From contig OZ024745.1 in the NCBI GenBank assembly GCA_964016885.1, positions 102,300,001 through 102,364,000 on the forward strand: a DNA stretch of 64,000 bases, given 5' to 3'. The notes beneath the pieces are model-generated. The model searched no databases. It was not told the origin of the DNA and saw only the letters and a list, made by a program, of their open reading frames with translations. Position numbers and translations under genes: made by a program. Origin of the DNA: Eledone cirrhosa (taxonomy: Eukaryota). Below are positions 12,951-26,342 of the stretch, piece by piece (the first letter of the stretch is position 1; every line of letters starts with the position of its first letter).

Positions 12951-14208
12951 GTCTAACCCATGCTAGTGTAGAAGATGGACGTTAAACGATGATGATGATA
13001 TATTTTTAGTTATTTATAATTACTAAAGTGAAATGTAATGGTTATTATTTTATTGTCTTTCTTTTCTGCATCCTTCATTATCTACTTTATCAGAAATTGA
13101 ATAAATGACATTCTGGTAATTTTGAGGTATGAAATCCAGCAAGAAACAAAAACTGTTAAAAACAAAAGAAAGAAATAGGTCATCTGGTTTTCTATTCAGT
13201 GTAAATAACAAAATAATTGGCTATTGAAACTGCTAAGACACAAGAATATTTTGAACAAATATTAGTCTCTGGAAACAAGAAAAATAATAACAAAAGCAAA
13301 GCATGAAATTAGTTTTATCCTAGCAACAATCATACCTTTTTTTAGTCATCCACTCATGCTTGCACCTGTTTTAGTCATCCACTCATGCTTGTACCTGTTT
13401 TAGTGAGTAAGAGGACTTATATAATGGTTCCCTAGATTTTAATAATTGTATGAATTATTCTGATTCAATAAATAATGACATACAACTTTTGAAGAGAAAC
13501 ATTTTGTGTGCAACTTCCTCATATTTCATATCTATTTAAAACTTGTTTCCAACACTAGGAATTAATGATCCAGTTATAATGTTACACATTTCAAGTAACA
13601 ATTCCCTTCAGAGGAATTTTGGCAAAGTGGTAGCAGACATAAATAAACATGAGAAAAAAATAGTTTGTCTTCCCTCATTACTACAAATGTTCCTATTTAT
13701 CTACTTTTCACAATATTTTTATACACTAGTTGCTGCAAGAAGCAAAAAAAAAAATGCTTTATATTTTTCATCGAAATATGTCTGTACTTATTGATTCGAC
13801 TTCACGTCATCTCAAATTTTATTCAAACAAAACAGCGTTTTATCCTGAAAGTCTTTACTCTAGATTTAAATGTGAAAAATACATATTCACTTCAAACCTG
13901 TATTTTGCAAGAGTTTCTCTCTCTCTCTCCACATGTATACAGGAAAAAAAAACTGCCAATGGACCTTCTGGTTTTATGGTTTTAATGATGAGTATTCCAT
14001 TTGTTCAATATAAAGACTTCAATAAGGTATTTGTACCTTTAATGTAATCCACTTACTGTATTAGCCTATAACTATCTGATAATGCTGGCCCTTTGAATAA
14101 CAGGTACAGCTCATTAAGTAATAAATATCTAAAGAAAGTAATTAGATATTGGTATGGAGTCTCTATATATCATCATCATCATTGTTTAACATCCATTTTC
14201 CACGCTAG

Positions 14209-14262
<54 letters not shown>

Positions 14263-14407
14263 GATTGATGCTATGAAATAGCGATGTATACATGTATGTA
14301 TAGTATATTTGGCAATATACCATATGTTTAATTAAAAACATTTTGAAGACCTTGCGCTATCATTTTAAAGTAGTGATTATGACACTTCTTTTTTTTTTGG
14401 CAAAGAA

Positions 14408-14466
14408 GGGAGAAGCTGACAGATTCTGTTTCACACTGTTGGTGTTCCTCAGAGCAACGTACTCCC
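14408..14466 (-). ncRNA. Type I hammerhead ribozyme
   Basis: Minus strand gggag-tacgtt-gct CTGAGGA acac-caaca-gtgt GAAA cag-aat-ctg TC^agc-tt-ctccc; stem I with internal loop. Confidence 0.88.
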
Positions 14467-14962
14467 CACCTTGCCAAAAATTATAGAGGCTGGATTCTTA
14501 TAGAATTCCAGTAATAATCAGGAACTGATTATACAGAGAGATTGCCGGTCCAGCAAAATTTGAAAATTAGGATTGGTGCTCTGAAATAGCGATGTATACA
14601 TTAATGTATGTATAGTATATTTGGCAATATACCAAATGTTTAATTAAAAACATTTTGAAGACCTTGCGCTATCAGTTTAAAGTAGTGACTATGTCACTTC
14701 CTTTTTTTTTTTTCAGCAAAGAAGGGAGAGAAGCTGACAGATTCTGTTTCACACTGTTGGTGTTCCTCAATGTTGGTATTTTTAATTAAACATATGGTAT
14801 ATTGCCAAATATACTATACATACATTCATGTATACATCGCTATTTCAGAGCACCAATCCTAACTTTCAAATTTTGCTGGACTGACAATTGCTCTGTATAA
14901 TCAGTTCCTAATTATTACTGGAATTCTATAAGAATCCAGCCTCTATAATTGTCAGCAAGGCA

Positions 14963-15030
14963 GGGAGTACATTGCTCTGAGGAACACCAACAGTGTGAAA
15001 CAGGAAACAGAATCTGTCAGCTTCTCTCCC
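14963..15030 (+). ncRNA. Type I hammerhead ribozyme copy with 7-nt GAAACAG duplication
   Basis: gggagtacattgct CTGAGGA acaccaacagtgt GAAAcagGAAAcagaatctgTC agcttctctccc. Confidence 0.75.
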
Positions 15031-15414
15031 TTCTTTGCCGAAAAAAAAGGAAGTGACATAGTTACTACTTTAAAATAATAGCGCAAGGTCTTCAAAATGT
15101 TTTAATTAAACATATGGTATATTGCCAAATATACTATACATACATACATACATACATATATATATAATCATCACCGTTTTACGTGCATTCTTCCATGCTA
15201 GGAATGGTTAGACGAATTGACCTGTTGTGGGCAATGCCAGGTCAGATGACCATGTCTTGCTCATACAGAACTGATTTTGGCTTGATTTCTACAGCTCTAT
15301 GCCCTTCCTAACACCAACCTCATTTACAGTAAGTACTGGGTGCTTTTTACCATGGCGCCTTGGATATTTCTACCAAACTTTTACTACAGTATGTGTATAT
15401 ATATGTATATATAT

Positions 15415-15473
<59 letters not shown>

Positions 15474-17329
15474 TGGCCCATAAGTTACTTTTTGTGTTAA
15501 TATTTTGTATTTATTCTATTTTACAATAACTTTTCATAATTGCTCTGTCATAAATTTCAAGGTAACATATATTCAAAGTTTGAAACAAAATTAAAATGAA
15601 CAATTCGCTATAAAGTTCAAAATCTATTTATAAGCCACATCCACACCCACCAACGTACAATATATAGATTGCATTTTGTACACTGTAAATGTGGTTGGCA
15701 TTAAGAAGAGCATCTTGCTGTAGAAACCAACCTAAAATCAGTTCTGTGTGAGCAAAACACGATCCTCCGACTTTGCTGTCTCAATAGGACAACTCATCTA
15801 ACCCATGCTGGCGTGGAAATTGGATATTAGATGATGATAGCAAGAATTAGCAAAAAAGTAAAACCTACTAATTTATTGGGTTGATTTCATTGCACACCTT
15901 TCTAAAAATATTGCCTTTTACTCGTGTCAAAATATTTTACTTATAACAGTATTTGTAATTAACTATCTAAGATAAGAATCTTGAACAAACAACTGTTGTA
16001 ATATTGTTAGACTTTTATAAAGGAAATAGAAAGAAGAAGAAAATATCTTCATTTCAATTGTAATTGTCACAGAAGTCCTATTACATATGGTAAATTGGTT
16101 GAAAAAAAAACATCTTGTGTTAATTATTGACTTCTTGCACCTGCAAAGATATCTGGGTTACAATTTGAATACAACATACTTTACTTTAAACACAGCATGT
16201 TGGAGGCATGTGGCCCAGTGGTAAGGGTGCTGGACTTACAATCATAATGTTGTGGCATTTATTCATGGACTGGGTTGTGTGTTGTGTTCTTGAGCAAAAC
16301 ACTTCATTTCACATTGCTCCAGTATACTTAGTTGAAAATGAGTACCAGCAATAGCTGGGGGTTTAACCCTTCGATGAACTGGTGTCCTATCCAGGTGGGG
16401 GGAGTCTTGAACTCTCAGTCATTTCCAGCCACAGACACTTGGATAAATACTGGCCTGATGAGCCCCTGGCCTTGAGAAAGACTTCAGAGTTTTTTGTACA
16501 CATATAAACGTACATAAATGTATACGAGCCCTCATTTAAACCAAACTCTGCTAACCTGGATATCGTATAAATTGGATGCAGTTTGAGCTGTTATGAAACT
16601 AGCAGTTGTTATGGGTTAACACTGAACATCCCAGAAACAATTTAATCATATGTACAAAAAGGATGGTGAGATACTGGGAAGGTGGCAAATATAAGGATCG
16701 AAGGTGAACAACATTGCACCAGAACACATCCTCTTTATTATTCATTGTTATACACCTCTCTAAGAAGTATTTTTTCTTCCTAGCACCACAAACCCACTCT
16801 AAATTAGAAACATTTAATTCTCCTAGAATTCAAATTCCTTCACACCTCTTTTCACTGCTACTTTCTATTTATATTCAGCCTGTTATTCATACTCTTTGTT
16901 ATTTGCTTATTCCCCTCTCATACATATTGCATATTCCCTGTGGGAAGTTATATGCATAAGTTCCCTGGAAATTTATTAACTGCAATTGATTTTCTTTATA
17001 ATAATTCTGTCCTTGCAGTATCCTGATATAATCTGGCCATGGTTTGTTTTTAAATATAATAATACATATATTCAAAAGCAAAGATTATGCCGGGTTGAAG
17101 TAATCTAAAATTCATAAGTTTATTTTTGAGTAATACATCTGTCAGGCAAGTGAGTTCATCATGATATTATAGTGCACATTGTGACAATAACCACTATATG
17201 CAGCACACCATTTGTTTCTCTGCAATTTTCATTAATATTGCAGCGATTAGTTACTTTCAATACTTTTATTCTACATCATGGCTCAAAGGAGAGTAATAAT
17301 AAAGAAGTGTGTAATCCTCTGTGTGGATC

Positions 17330-18030
17330 AGAAACTGGATAAGGAAGTTAGATGATGGTGCTTCAGTACTGATGAGGATAATGTTAAAAAGAAAATGATT
17401 TTGGACATACACAAGCCTAGGGACAAATTTATTGCATTTTCTTTGAAATAATGATGTTGAAGCAAATGCTAAGTCATCTTCTGTTGGTGCATGGAAGCAT
17501 ATGTGAATTGAAAAAGATGCAGATCTTGAGAAGGCAGTGATGAAGGGGTTTATTAATGAACAATTTTGTGGTAGCAACATCTGTAGTTTAGAAATTCAAA
17601 GTGCTGTTGCCAAGCTAGCTAGACATACAGTCACCAAGAATTTTAAAACTAATGAAGGGTAGTTATAGTGATTTAGATATTACGATGGAATGGTTAATAA
17701 AATTACTCACAGTGAAGCAAGCAGCACACCAACCGAGGGAATCAAACAATTGAAGAAGTTGGATGATTTAATTAAGTGTGAAGGACTTTTAATTTCCAAA
17801 TGTTTTAATGGAAATAAAACTAGTTTGAATTGAAATACCCAAACTTTTAAAACTGAAACCTTTACACATAGTCATAAATTAAAGAGTGGTTTGGGTTTTG
17901 ACTTATGTGAATGCAGATGATAAATGCATTTTAAGTTAGTGGTGGTGGTAAAGTTAGCAGGTTCATGAGTTATGAAAAGCAATGCACCAGCTATCAGTCT
18001 ATTATTACCAGTAAAAGAAATCATGGTTCA
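17330..18030 (+). pseudogene. Decayed pogo/Tigger (CENP-B HTH + DDE_1) transposase
   Basis: Hand translation DADLEKAVMKGF...EIQSAVAKLA...NFKTNEG*L..FR..DG....HSEASS resembles the TIGD HTH 'F.AS.GWL.RF..RHG...GEA.S'; many stops. Confidence 0.6.
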
Positions 18031-18422
18031 GCATGCATGACTTTAATCCTTTTGTTACCATGTTCATAATAAAAGAAACTACCTACACTTTTCAAATCAT
18101 TTTGAAGATAATCAGTAATTTTGAAAGGTATAGTAATATAACTGACTTTCTTCTTCTTATGTTGGTGTTAGAAACACAACTTATTGAGAGTTTTTATATA
18201 AAATTATGATGGAAGGTTTTTATATAAATATAAACATTTTAAAATATAGAACTTAGTAACATAAAACAATACACTGGAGAACAACAAAAATCTCAATACA
18301 AAAATTAAAATCTTGTTAATTCTTTCATATGCTGTCAATTTCAATTACATTTGTCAGTTTTAGAGTTTCTTTGTATTGTCAAGTTATTATATTAACCCAC
18401 CATCATTCTATTTATGCTGAAA

Positions 18423-18723
18423 TAATTGTTTCTACTATTGGAACAAGGCCAGCAATCACCCAGTACATTACTGGTACTTTATTTTATCGACCCCATAAGG
18501 ATGAAAGGCAAAGTTAACCTAATAATAATCATCATTCTAACTGCTGCCACTTACCAGCACTATACTTATCACAATCATCATTACTGCTGCCACCTACCAG
18601 GACCAAGACCATAAACATTATGTGAGTTTAACTTTGCCTTTCATCCTTATGGGGTCGATAAAATAAAGTACCAGTAATCTACTGGGTAATTGCTGGCCTT
18701 GTGCCAAAAGTAGAAACAATTAT
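18423..18723. repeat. Inverted pair of SINE 3' halves (Meta-domain-like SINE)
   Basis: 18423-18517 is the reverse complement of 18628-18723 (tttgcctttcatccttatggggtcgataaaataaagtaccag). Confidence 0.85.
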
Positions 18724-19170
18724 GTGAGTGAACTTCTAAATATTAAATTCTTTGTTATTTTTATGTAATTTTATCCTGAGAATTTTGAAATAAAATCTTT
18801 AAAGATTAAAAAAAAAATGATGAAAGATAATTCAGCCCGGAATGATAGACCAAACAAATACATTGAAATGTATCTGTTGCTGTGACTATAGTCTTTAATA
18901 ATCTTTCACATCTTCAGTACATACATGATATGATGGCTGCATGTAATAATAGCATGTTTACATGTACAGATACAAAACATATGCACATATATAACTCAAA
19001 ACATACACATCCACACATACAATAACATCCATACCGGCACACACCCACACACATGCAGACATATCTACCTTGCTGACGTTGTCTAAATTCCAAAGAAAGT
19101 CTTGTGTCGATGTTAGAAACCGACTCTCTCTATAAAATCATGAAACCAGAAGAACATACCTATATACATA

Positions 19171-19487
19171 GATGATGGCTGCCCCCTCGTTATCGAGTAT
19201 GGCCATTGCATGATATACCATTATTGATAATTATTAATTAATTTTATCGTGCAATGCCTGAGCGTGAAGATTGTGCACTGAACCAATCCCACTCTCTGAG
19301 CAACAGTAGCTATAACTCAAAAAGAAGAAAAGATCAACATCATCGGTAACTGAGCCACAGGTTTTATGTCGGAGTTATCCCAGTTTCCTGAGTTGTCTTC
19401 TCCTAGAAGAATGCCCTGACAAAGGCTAGGGGTCCTTCACTCCCAGTGGTTTAACTGCACGATCGGCTATCCAGCCCGATTATTTCT
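19171..19487 (-). mobile_element. RTE-derived bipartite non-autonomous element, subfamily 2
   Basis: 5'UTR motif gcctttgtcagggc...ctaggagaag; 3' stem-loop tgcaatggccatactcgataacgagggggcagccatc identical to 34726-34761. Confidence 0.7.
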
Positions 19488-19597
19488 ATGTGCCCGCGCA
19501 TATACACACATATGCACACATGCATATACATATATATATATACATGTATATGTATATATATGTATACACATATCTATATACACAGATAGATACATAC

Positions 19598-20006
19598 ATG
19601 GTGGCTGCCAACTCGTTTTCGAGTACGGCCACTACTTTATATCCATGTAGGAGAACCCCTACCGATGCACTGAACAAGTGTAACATTTTAGTCCAGCCAG
19701 CGACTTGAAAACTCTGGTACAAACACTACACTTGTGACAATTATTGACACATAGTGCTGGGCCCATGGTACCATGTGACGACAAGTGTAGAGAGATCTCC
19801 AGATATAAAGCAATGCCTGTGCCGTGAAGCTTTTATAGTGAGCAAAGGCACTGCACAAAGCCAGTCCCACTCTCTTAACCAAGATGATATTTACCAAAAA
19901 GAAGAACAAGTCAACATCATTGGATACCATCAGGTTTGCAGGTGTTATATCAGAGTTTTCCTTCTCCTAGAATTCTGTCTTGACAAAGGCTAAGGGGTCA
20001 TCTCTC
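19598..20006 (-). mobile_element. RTE-derived bipartite non-autonomous element, subfamily 1 (5'-truncated)
   Basis: Near-identical to 42375-42780; the overlapping ORFs 19688-19930/19754-19993 recur at 42450-42692/42387-42626. Confidence 0.8.
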
Positions 20007-21254
20007 ATACAGACACACATACATACATACACACACACCTATAAACGTTCTCTGTCTTTCTCATTTACTCTTCTTTCTCTCCTCCTCCAAATCTCTCTCT
20101 TTCCTCATTTTGGTCATCATCTTTCATGTTCATTTAGCTTCTTATTTCCATTTGAGATTTGTTGCAACAACATCGACCAGATATGATAGGTGATGAAACA
20201 CCTACAATAAAACGGCTACAACAAAAGAAACACCTATAACCTATGAAACAACTACAGTGAGAAACATAAACTAATAAAGTCCATCTAAACAAAAGAGGAA
20301 AGTGATATTACTACAACAATAATAATTGTTTCTACTTTTGGCACAAGGCCAGCAATTAACCCCAGTGTATTACTGGTATTTTATTTTATCGACCCCGTAA
20401 GGATTGAAAGGCAAAGTTAACCTCGACAGGATTTGAACCCAGAATGTAAAGGGTCATAACTATGCTGCAAAGTATGGCGTCTGACCCTCTACCAATACTG
20501 CCAATCCACTACACTACAACAATAATAATAACAAAAATGACTGCAACAACGAAAATGAACCCTCTTTTATGTGGTCCAGAACAGTAAGGTAAATATTTTT
20601 TTTAAATGAAACAAGTAAATAAAGTAAAAAATGCAACAAAAAATATTTTTTAAATATTTAGTTACCCATTCTCTTTTGGTCACAGAAAAATGAAATTTTG
20701 CCTTTGTTTAAATAAAAAAAAAAAAAAATGTTTAAATCTTATGTTTTCTCTAATGGTTCTTGGCACTTGCTATTTCTGGAGATTGTGCCAGACAAGAGTT
20801 ATGATGGTTTCTCATATTTACACTATTTGTTTCTACATTTTTAGTAACTAAATTCAAAGGATAAAATCAATACACACACAATATATATACATTAATATAC
20901 ATATAAATGTATAGCTATGTATGTGTAAATATATTCATACACATGCATATATATATCTTTGTGTTGAAATGTGCTATATTGGACAAGTATTGCTCATTTC
21001 AAAGCAACATCATAAATTACGCATAATTAGTAAAAACTGGCAGTTAGTTGTGTAGCTATTACTGTAATATGAGCTTGGTATTAATTGCTTTTGCGGAAGT
21101 GTTAGATGTTTTTTTTCCCACCTTTTATGAACATCTTTTTCTCCTTGTAAGTCCCTATCCCATACCAATAATGAAAGACAGAGGAGAAAAATTTGATTTA
21201 TGTATCTACATGAATGGAGATGTTAACACATGTTAAAGTACATGCAAAAAAGAA

Positions 21255-21288
<34 letters not shown>

Positions 21289-21626
21289 ATTAAGGCTAGT
21301 TACAATGGCACCATACTATAATATATATATATCTAAAGTCTGTCTTAAGCCAGAAGGCTCATTTGGCTCCCGGTTTCATGGCATAAAGCAACAGAGTACA
21401 AGACTCCCTCCTGGAAAGGATGCCAGTCCATCACAGGGTTAAACACCCAGCTATTGCTGGTACTCATTTTCAGCTGAGTATACTGGAGTATACTGAGTAT
21501 AATGAAATGAAGTGTTTTGCTCATAAACACAACATGCAACCCAGGAATCGAACCCACAACATTATGATCGTAAATCCAACACCCTTACCACTAGGCCACG
21601 TGCCTCCACTATATATATATATATAT

Positions 21627-21817
21627 ATAGGAACGAGTAGGACCCTGACGGCTGAGCTCAAGCCGTTTCGACGGCTAATTCAGTCCAGAATTAGCCGTCG
21701 AAACGGCTTGAGCTCAGCCGTCGTGGTCCTACTCGTTCCTATTACCCACTCTACTACCCTAAGTATTGAGTACTTTGGTGCGTTATGGTCCACCTGGTTC
21801 CTTACCACATTTCCTTC

Positions 21818-21820
<3 letters not shown>
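21627..21820 (+). mobile_element. Foldback + tail element (family A) in (TA)n with hammerhead 3' half
   Basis: 55-bp arms 21627-21681/21688-21742 around a 6-nt loop; GAAACGGCTtgagctcAGCCGTC; ~78-nt tail. Confidence 0.8.
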
Positions 21821-21859
<39 letters not shown>

Positions 21860-22121
21860 CATAATTATTTAACATTCATTTTCCATGCTAACATGGGTTA
21901 GACGGGTTGACCCATTAAAAGCAAGTCAGGTCAGGTGACTGTCTTACTCATACAGAATTGTTTCTGGCTAGGTTTCTATGACTGGATACCCTTTCTAATG
22001 CCAATTAGCTTTACAGTGTGTACTGGGTGCTTTTTGTTGTGACACCTACATAACCACTTTACAGTGTGGGCTGGGTGCTTATTGTCATGACACCTACACG
22101 ACCACTTTACACTGTAGTGTA

Positions 22122-22175
<54 letters not shown>

Positions 22176-24799
22176 TGCATACATACATACATATATACAC
22201 AAGAAAAGAGTATTCTTGAAGAATGTAATCTTCCAAGAAATATCTCAATTTCAAGAGTGAAATATTTATATCTTATATTCAATTTAAGAAATATTTATTT
22301 ACTTCCGAGTTGTGACCAGTAGTGAACAGACCAATGGAAATATTGTTTCATTGGTCTGATCTAACCATTGGCTCTTTTCCCATTTTTTTTTTTTTTTTTT
22401 AATCAAACTTGGCAAAATAAAAAGCAAATTAACCATAGCAAGATTTTAAACACAGAATGTAAAGGAATTTAACTAAATACTACAAGATATTCCCCCATCA
22501 TTCCATTGATTCTATGATCCATCTAATGTTTTTCTTTAATCTAATATTTCTCTATATATGAGAACATAATTTAGTTGTTAGTTATAGTAATCATAAGATA
22601 TGCTTTCCTCTACATAATGTATTTACATTACATATACTTAATGAGTCCCCATGCCAAGAACAAAATTCAATCAATTGGTGGTGGTGATGGTGGCATGTGT
22701 GGTGGGGATGCTACTGCTGATAATGATGATGGTAATGGTGGTGTTGGTAGTGATGGTTGTCTTGGAAGAGACAATATCACATAGCCATCCTATGGCTATA
22801 TAAAAGTAATGATATATCAGGACTAGCTGTAGCATTAGCATCAACACAAACAAAATCACTAACCAACGCTACCATCTGCTTCATTATCATCATTATAAAC
22901 ATTAGCATCCTTATTATTATTATCAAAAGCAATAAGAAGTTTAGTATAACATCAATTATTCCAAGAATTCAGCTTGCATCTTTTACCATTTCATAGTTTT
23001 TTAACAGTAATTGAAGGTACTAAGTTAAACATAGTTCTGATTAGCTAGCTGTAACAAAATTCAGATTTCTTTTCATTTCCCACTAAATTCAAACTGTATT
23101 AATGTGACAGTGGATAGTTAGACTTGGTAGTGTGATGGACAAATATTTTTAGCGACACACAGTTATTGATCCCTCTGGGATCGACTTTGTCTTCCATCCT
23201 TCCAGAGTCAATAAAATAAGTTGCAGTGAAGTACTGGGGGTCGATATACTCAACTATGCCCAAATTTGTGGTATTCTTTCTTATGTTATAAATCAATAAT
23301 CTCCTATGAAGACTTTCTTAATCAATTCTTATCTTGGTTCTCATCTATTTATTACTTGCTTGCAATATTTCTTTTTTAATTCTGCATTTATATTCCTTTC
23401 TTATGACATGTTCAGCACATAGCAATGTAATCACTCCTCTTAAATGCATCAATCAAGGTCTCAAAAGAAATACACATTGTATAAACCCTGAAAATTTGAC
23501 ACACTAATGGCACTGGAAATGACGTTAAACAGTAATATATGAGCTTAAGCACCTTTTCTGTCACTGTAGATTGGACTTTTATCAAAGACAGCCATAATAG
23601 TATATATATTGATTATTATATCTGCAGTAAACATGTGGGGATTTCTCGGTTGGAGACAGGTGAACAGATTTCTTTCAGTTCTTCTAATATCAGTTATTTA
23701 GCTGACTACTTTTATGAATATTTTGGCTTGTTCCTTTCAAAATTCCTTGATAAAAATATTTTTCAAATATTTCAGCTTCAAACTTGCTTGATATAGAAAT
23801 AAAGCAAAGCTGGTTATCTTTTGGTGGTGCAGCCCTAGGTCAGCCATGATAGATCAGATCTATAATCAAAGACATTGCAATCATGACCTTTCTATCTTTT
23901 TTGTGAGACATCGTGTGTCTTGAACTGCATTATTCAATGTATTTTTTCCTTTGTATAAAACAGAATTGTGTGATATGAGGGAGGTTTGGTTGCTATTCCA
24001 AGTAGGCTAACTGACCACATAGAAGTTCTCTCATTGACTCATACAACAAAGTGACAATAGTTAAGGTAAAAAAAATTGAGATCGTAGTTTATTCTTTTAA
24101 AATACTGAATCACTGAGTAAAACTAGAAATGACTTAACTCTACCAAACTACCTAAAACTACTGTGGGTTCTATGATACTGAGTCATTGTTTTAAATTGTT
24201 CATATTTAAATTTATATTTTTGCACAATAATGTTATGTAAGAAAATTTTGTTATGTTTAAACAACATTTACTAAATCCCTCAAAATTCTTAATTATTTTC
24301 AAAATATATTGAAAATCATAAGCAATGTATTTCATTCAAGTCTCAGTAACATAGGGGTTAAAAGATTTTCATAGTTTTATTTTCATGCAACATTGAACAT
24401 TCTCTTCAATATCATAATGATAATAATTATTATCATGTCATTATATGTATTTCTTCAGCCTGGTTGTTGTGATCACCTCTACATTGAGGAATTCAAATCC
24501 TGTCAAGCTCAAATTTGGTTTACATACTTTCAGGATTGATAAAATAAAGTACTAATCTAGAGCTTGGTGTATACATTTATAGATAGATAGATATAATAAA
24601 TACTATTAATTATTGCTAGAAACCTTACAAACATAACACACCAAAATATGTAATGGCCCAAAATATACGATCAAAGTAAGAGAAAGAACAAAAAAAAAAG
24701 AAGACAAAGCGACCATCAATTCACCAATTGGCTACAATTGGCTGTACATCACAAGTAATATTACATTCACTAATCATTTTTTATCAATCAGTCAAAAGA

Positions 24800-25400
24800 A
24801 AGAACAGTGGCTATGACTTATTTCAAGGCCTTTGAGATTTGTAGAAGAAAAGGGAAAGGGAGGAAACTGGAACCTGATTTGAATGTCTACAATAGATTGG
24901 TGCTGTTCAACTGGATGATCGATTAAATGTAGGCCATGGTGCAATTTAAACTTTGAGTGTAAAGAGCTGGAACCAATTCTGTGAGGCATCTTGTTGAGCT
25001 ATTGATTCTAACAGTCCACTACCATTGATTTGTAATTTATATATCAACTCTGGAAGAATGGTTTTGAATTGTAGCCATATATCAAAACACAAATACTGTA
25101 AAGACTTCAAGGCAATAAGAAGCTGACTATCGATCCCATACTCCATCAGAACCTTCTCCAACAACTTTCGCTAAACATGGGCATATGCCTTTTCAAGGTC
25201 TACAAAGCAAGTATACATCTGGCAAATTCCACCAGGAGTAGATACTGAACAAAAGGACAAGAAAACATCCACGAGCTAGTCTCATTTAGGGATACAGCTA
25301 GATCGATTGGAGATAGTAGCTTCTGACAAGATCCACTGGAAGACATGCTTAAAGATTTTGCCTCTATGACTCTCCCAAGAATAAGTGGGCAAAGAAGTAC
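24800..25400 (-). mobile_element. Decayed RTE-like RT fragment
   Basis: Minus strand DLEKAYAHV*RKLLEKVLMEYGIDSQLLIALKSL resembles the 'DLEKAYD.V.R..LW..L.EYG' RT motif. Confidence 0.65.
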
Positions 25401-26303
25401 TCTGGAAGAATGGAAAGAAAAGCAGCAGAATAAATACTGCAACATTCATAAAATTGTAAAAGTTTATAAATTTCAATTATCTTAAAAAAAGAAAAACTCC
25501 AATACCATTGATATATTACAATATATCAACTGAATGGAAATTTTTAACTAAACCAATTCATTTATCAAAATAGAAAAAAAAGTTTAAAAAAAAAAGACAA
25601 CATGAAAGTGTTAATATCTACCTAACAATTAACATACTATGATTTAGAAAGAAAATTAATTTTGATAGAGAAGACAATATGAATTCTAAGTTAGGGTTAT
25701 ACTTTTGGGGTGTCTTTTGTTCATTTCTTCATTAAACCCTGGAGTAGACTAAGGTTGTAAGCAAAAGTATTATACCATTCTTAGACAGTTGTATTAGTTT
25801 CTATGTCATAAGAAAATTAAGAAACACACACATGCACAAAATAAAATCTACAAATAGTTTTAAATTGATTTTTTTGTAATGTTATTTTTTTATGTTTGGA
25901 TTTACTATTATATTGTGTTCTGGAAAAATGGAAACTTTATAATGTATATCTCAGAAATTTGCATTGATCTACATTATTTCAATAAATCATTCAAATAAAT
26001 GGATTTATTGATATAACTACTGTTTCCCTTATAGTTTTCATTAAAGAATTTCCTAGAAATCTCATAAAATGTATGAGAATGGAATTAATGTTCTAGATGA
26101 ATAATTTTCTAAAAATACCTGAGTCCTATTATTTTCTCATTGTTTTATTTTATATTTTTACAACATCCTTAATTAATAGATTACTGAACAAAGCCAAAAT
26201 GGCCAATTAAAAATACACGTACTTTCCTCCTGTAAAAACACTTTCTCTGTTGCTTCCTTTTCTTATTCTCATCTATCTTATTTCTTTTTCTTTCTCTCAT
26301 TCT

Positions 26304-26342
26304 ATCTTCTGATGAAGGACTAAAGTCTGAAACATTAAAACT
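26304..26342 (+). ncRNA. Degenerate minimal hammerhead-like motif
   Basis: CTGATGA a ggac-taaa-gtct GAAA catta; stem III one change from palindrome AACGTT; stem I weak. Confidence 0.5.

Larger units (their letters stand above)
14259..15145 (-). mobile_element. Retrozyme-like element (family C): 308-bp unit, ~1.65 tandem copies + ~1.2 inverted copies
   Basis: Unit starts ttaggattg at 14259 and 14567; inverted block 14779-15145; ~33-nt unpaired tail; (TA)n on the left, (TACA)n on the right. Confidence 0.85.

Noticed and set aside
13060-13130. Possible host micro-exons (also near 2772, 20580, 32748)
   Set aside because: Splice-like signals only; no recognisable coding content or consistent exon chain
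19445-19482. Twister-like motif (taac...atcgg-ctatccagc-ccgat)
   Set aside because: Only one hairpin fits; pseudoknot partners not found; antisense to the host element
19688-19993. Duplicated small protein genes (also 42387-42692)
   Set aside because: Chance ORFs within copies of an RTE-derived non-autonomous element
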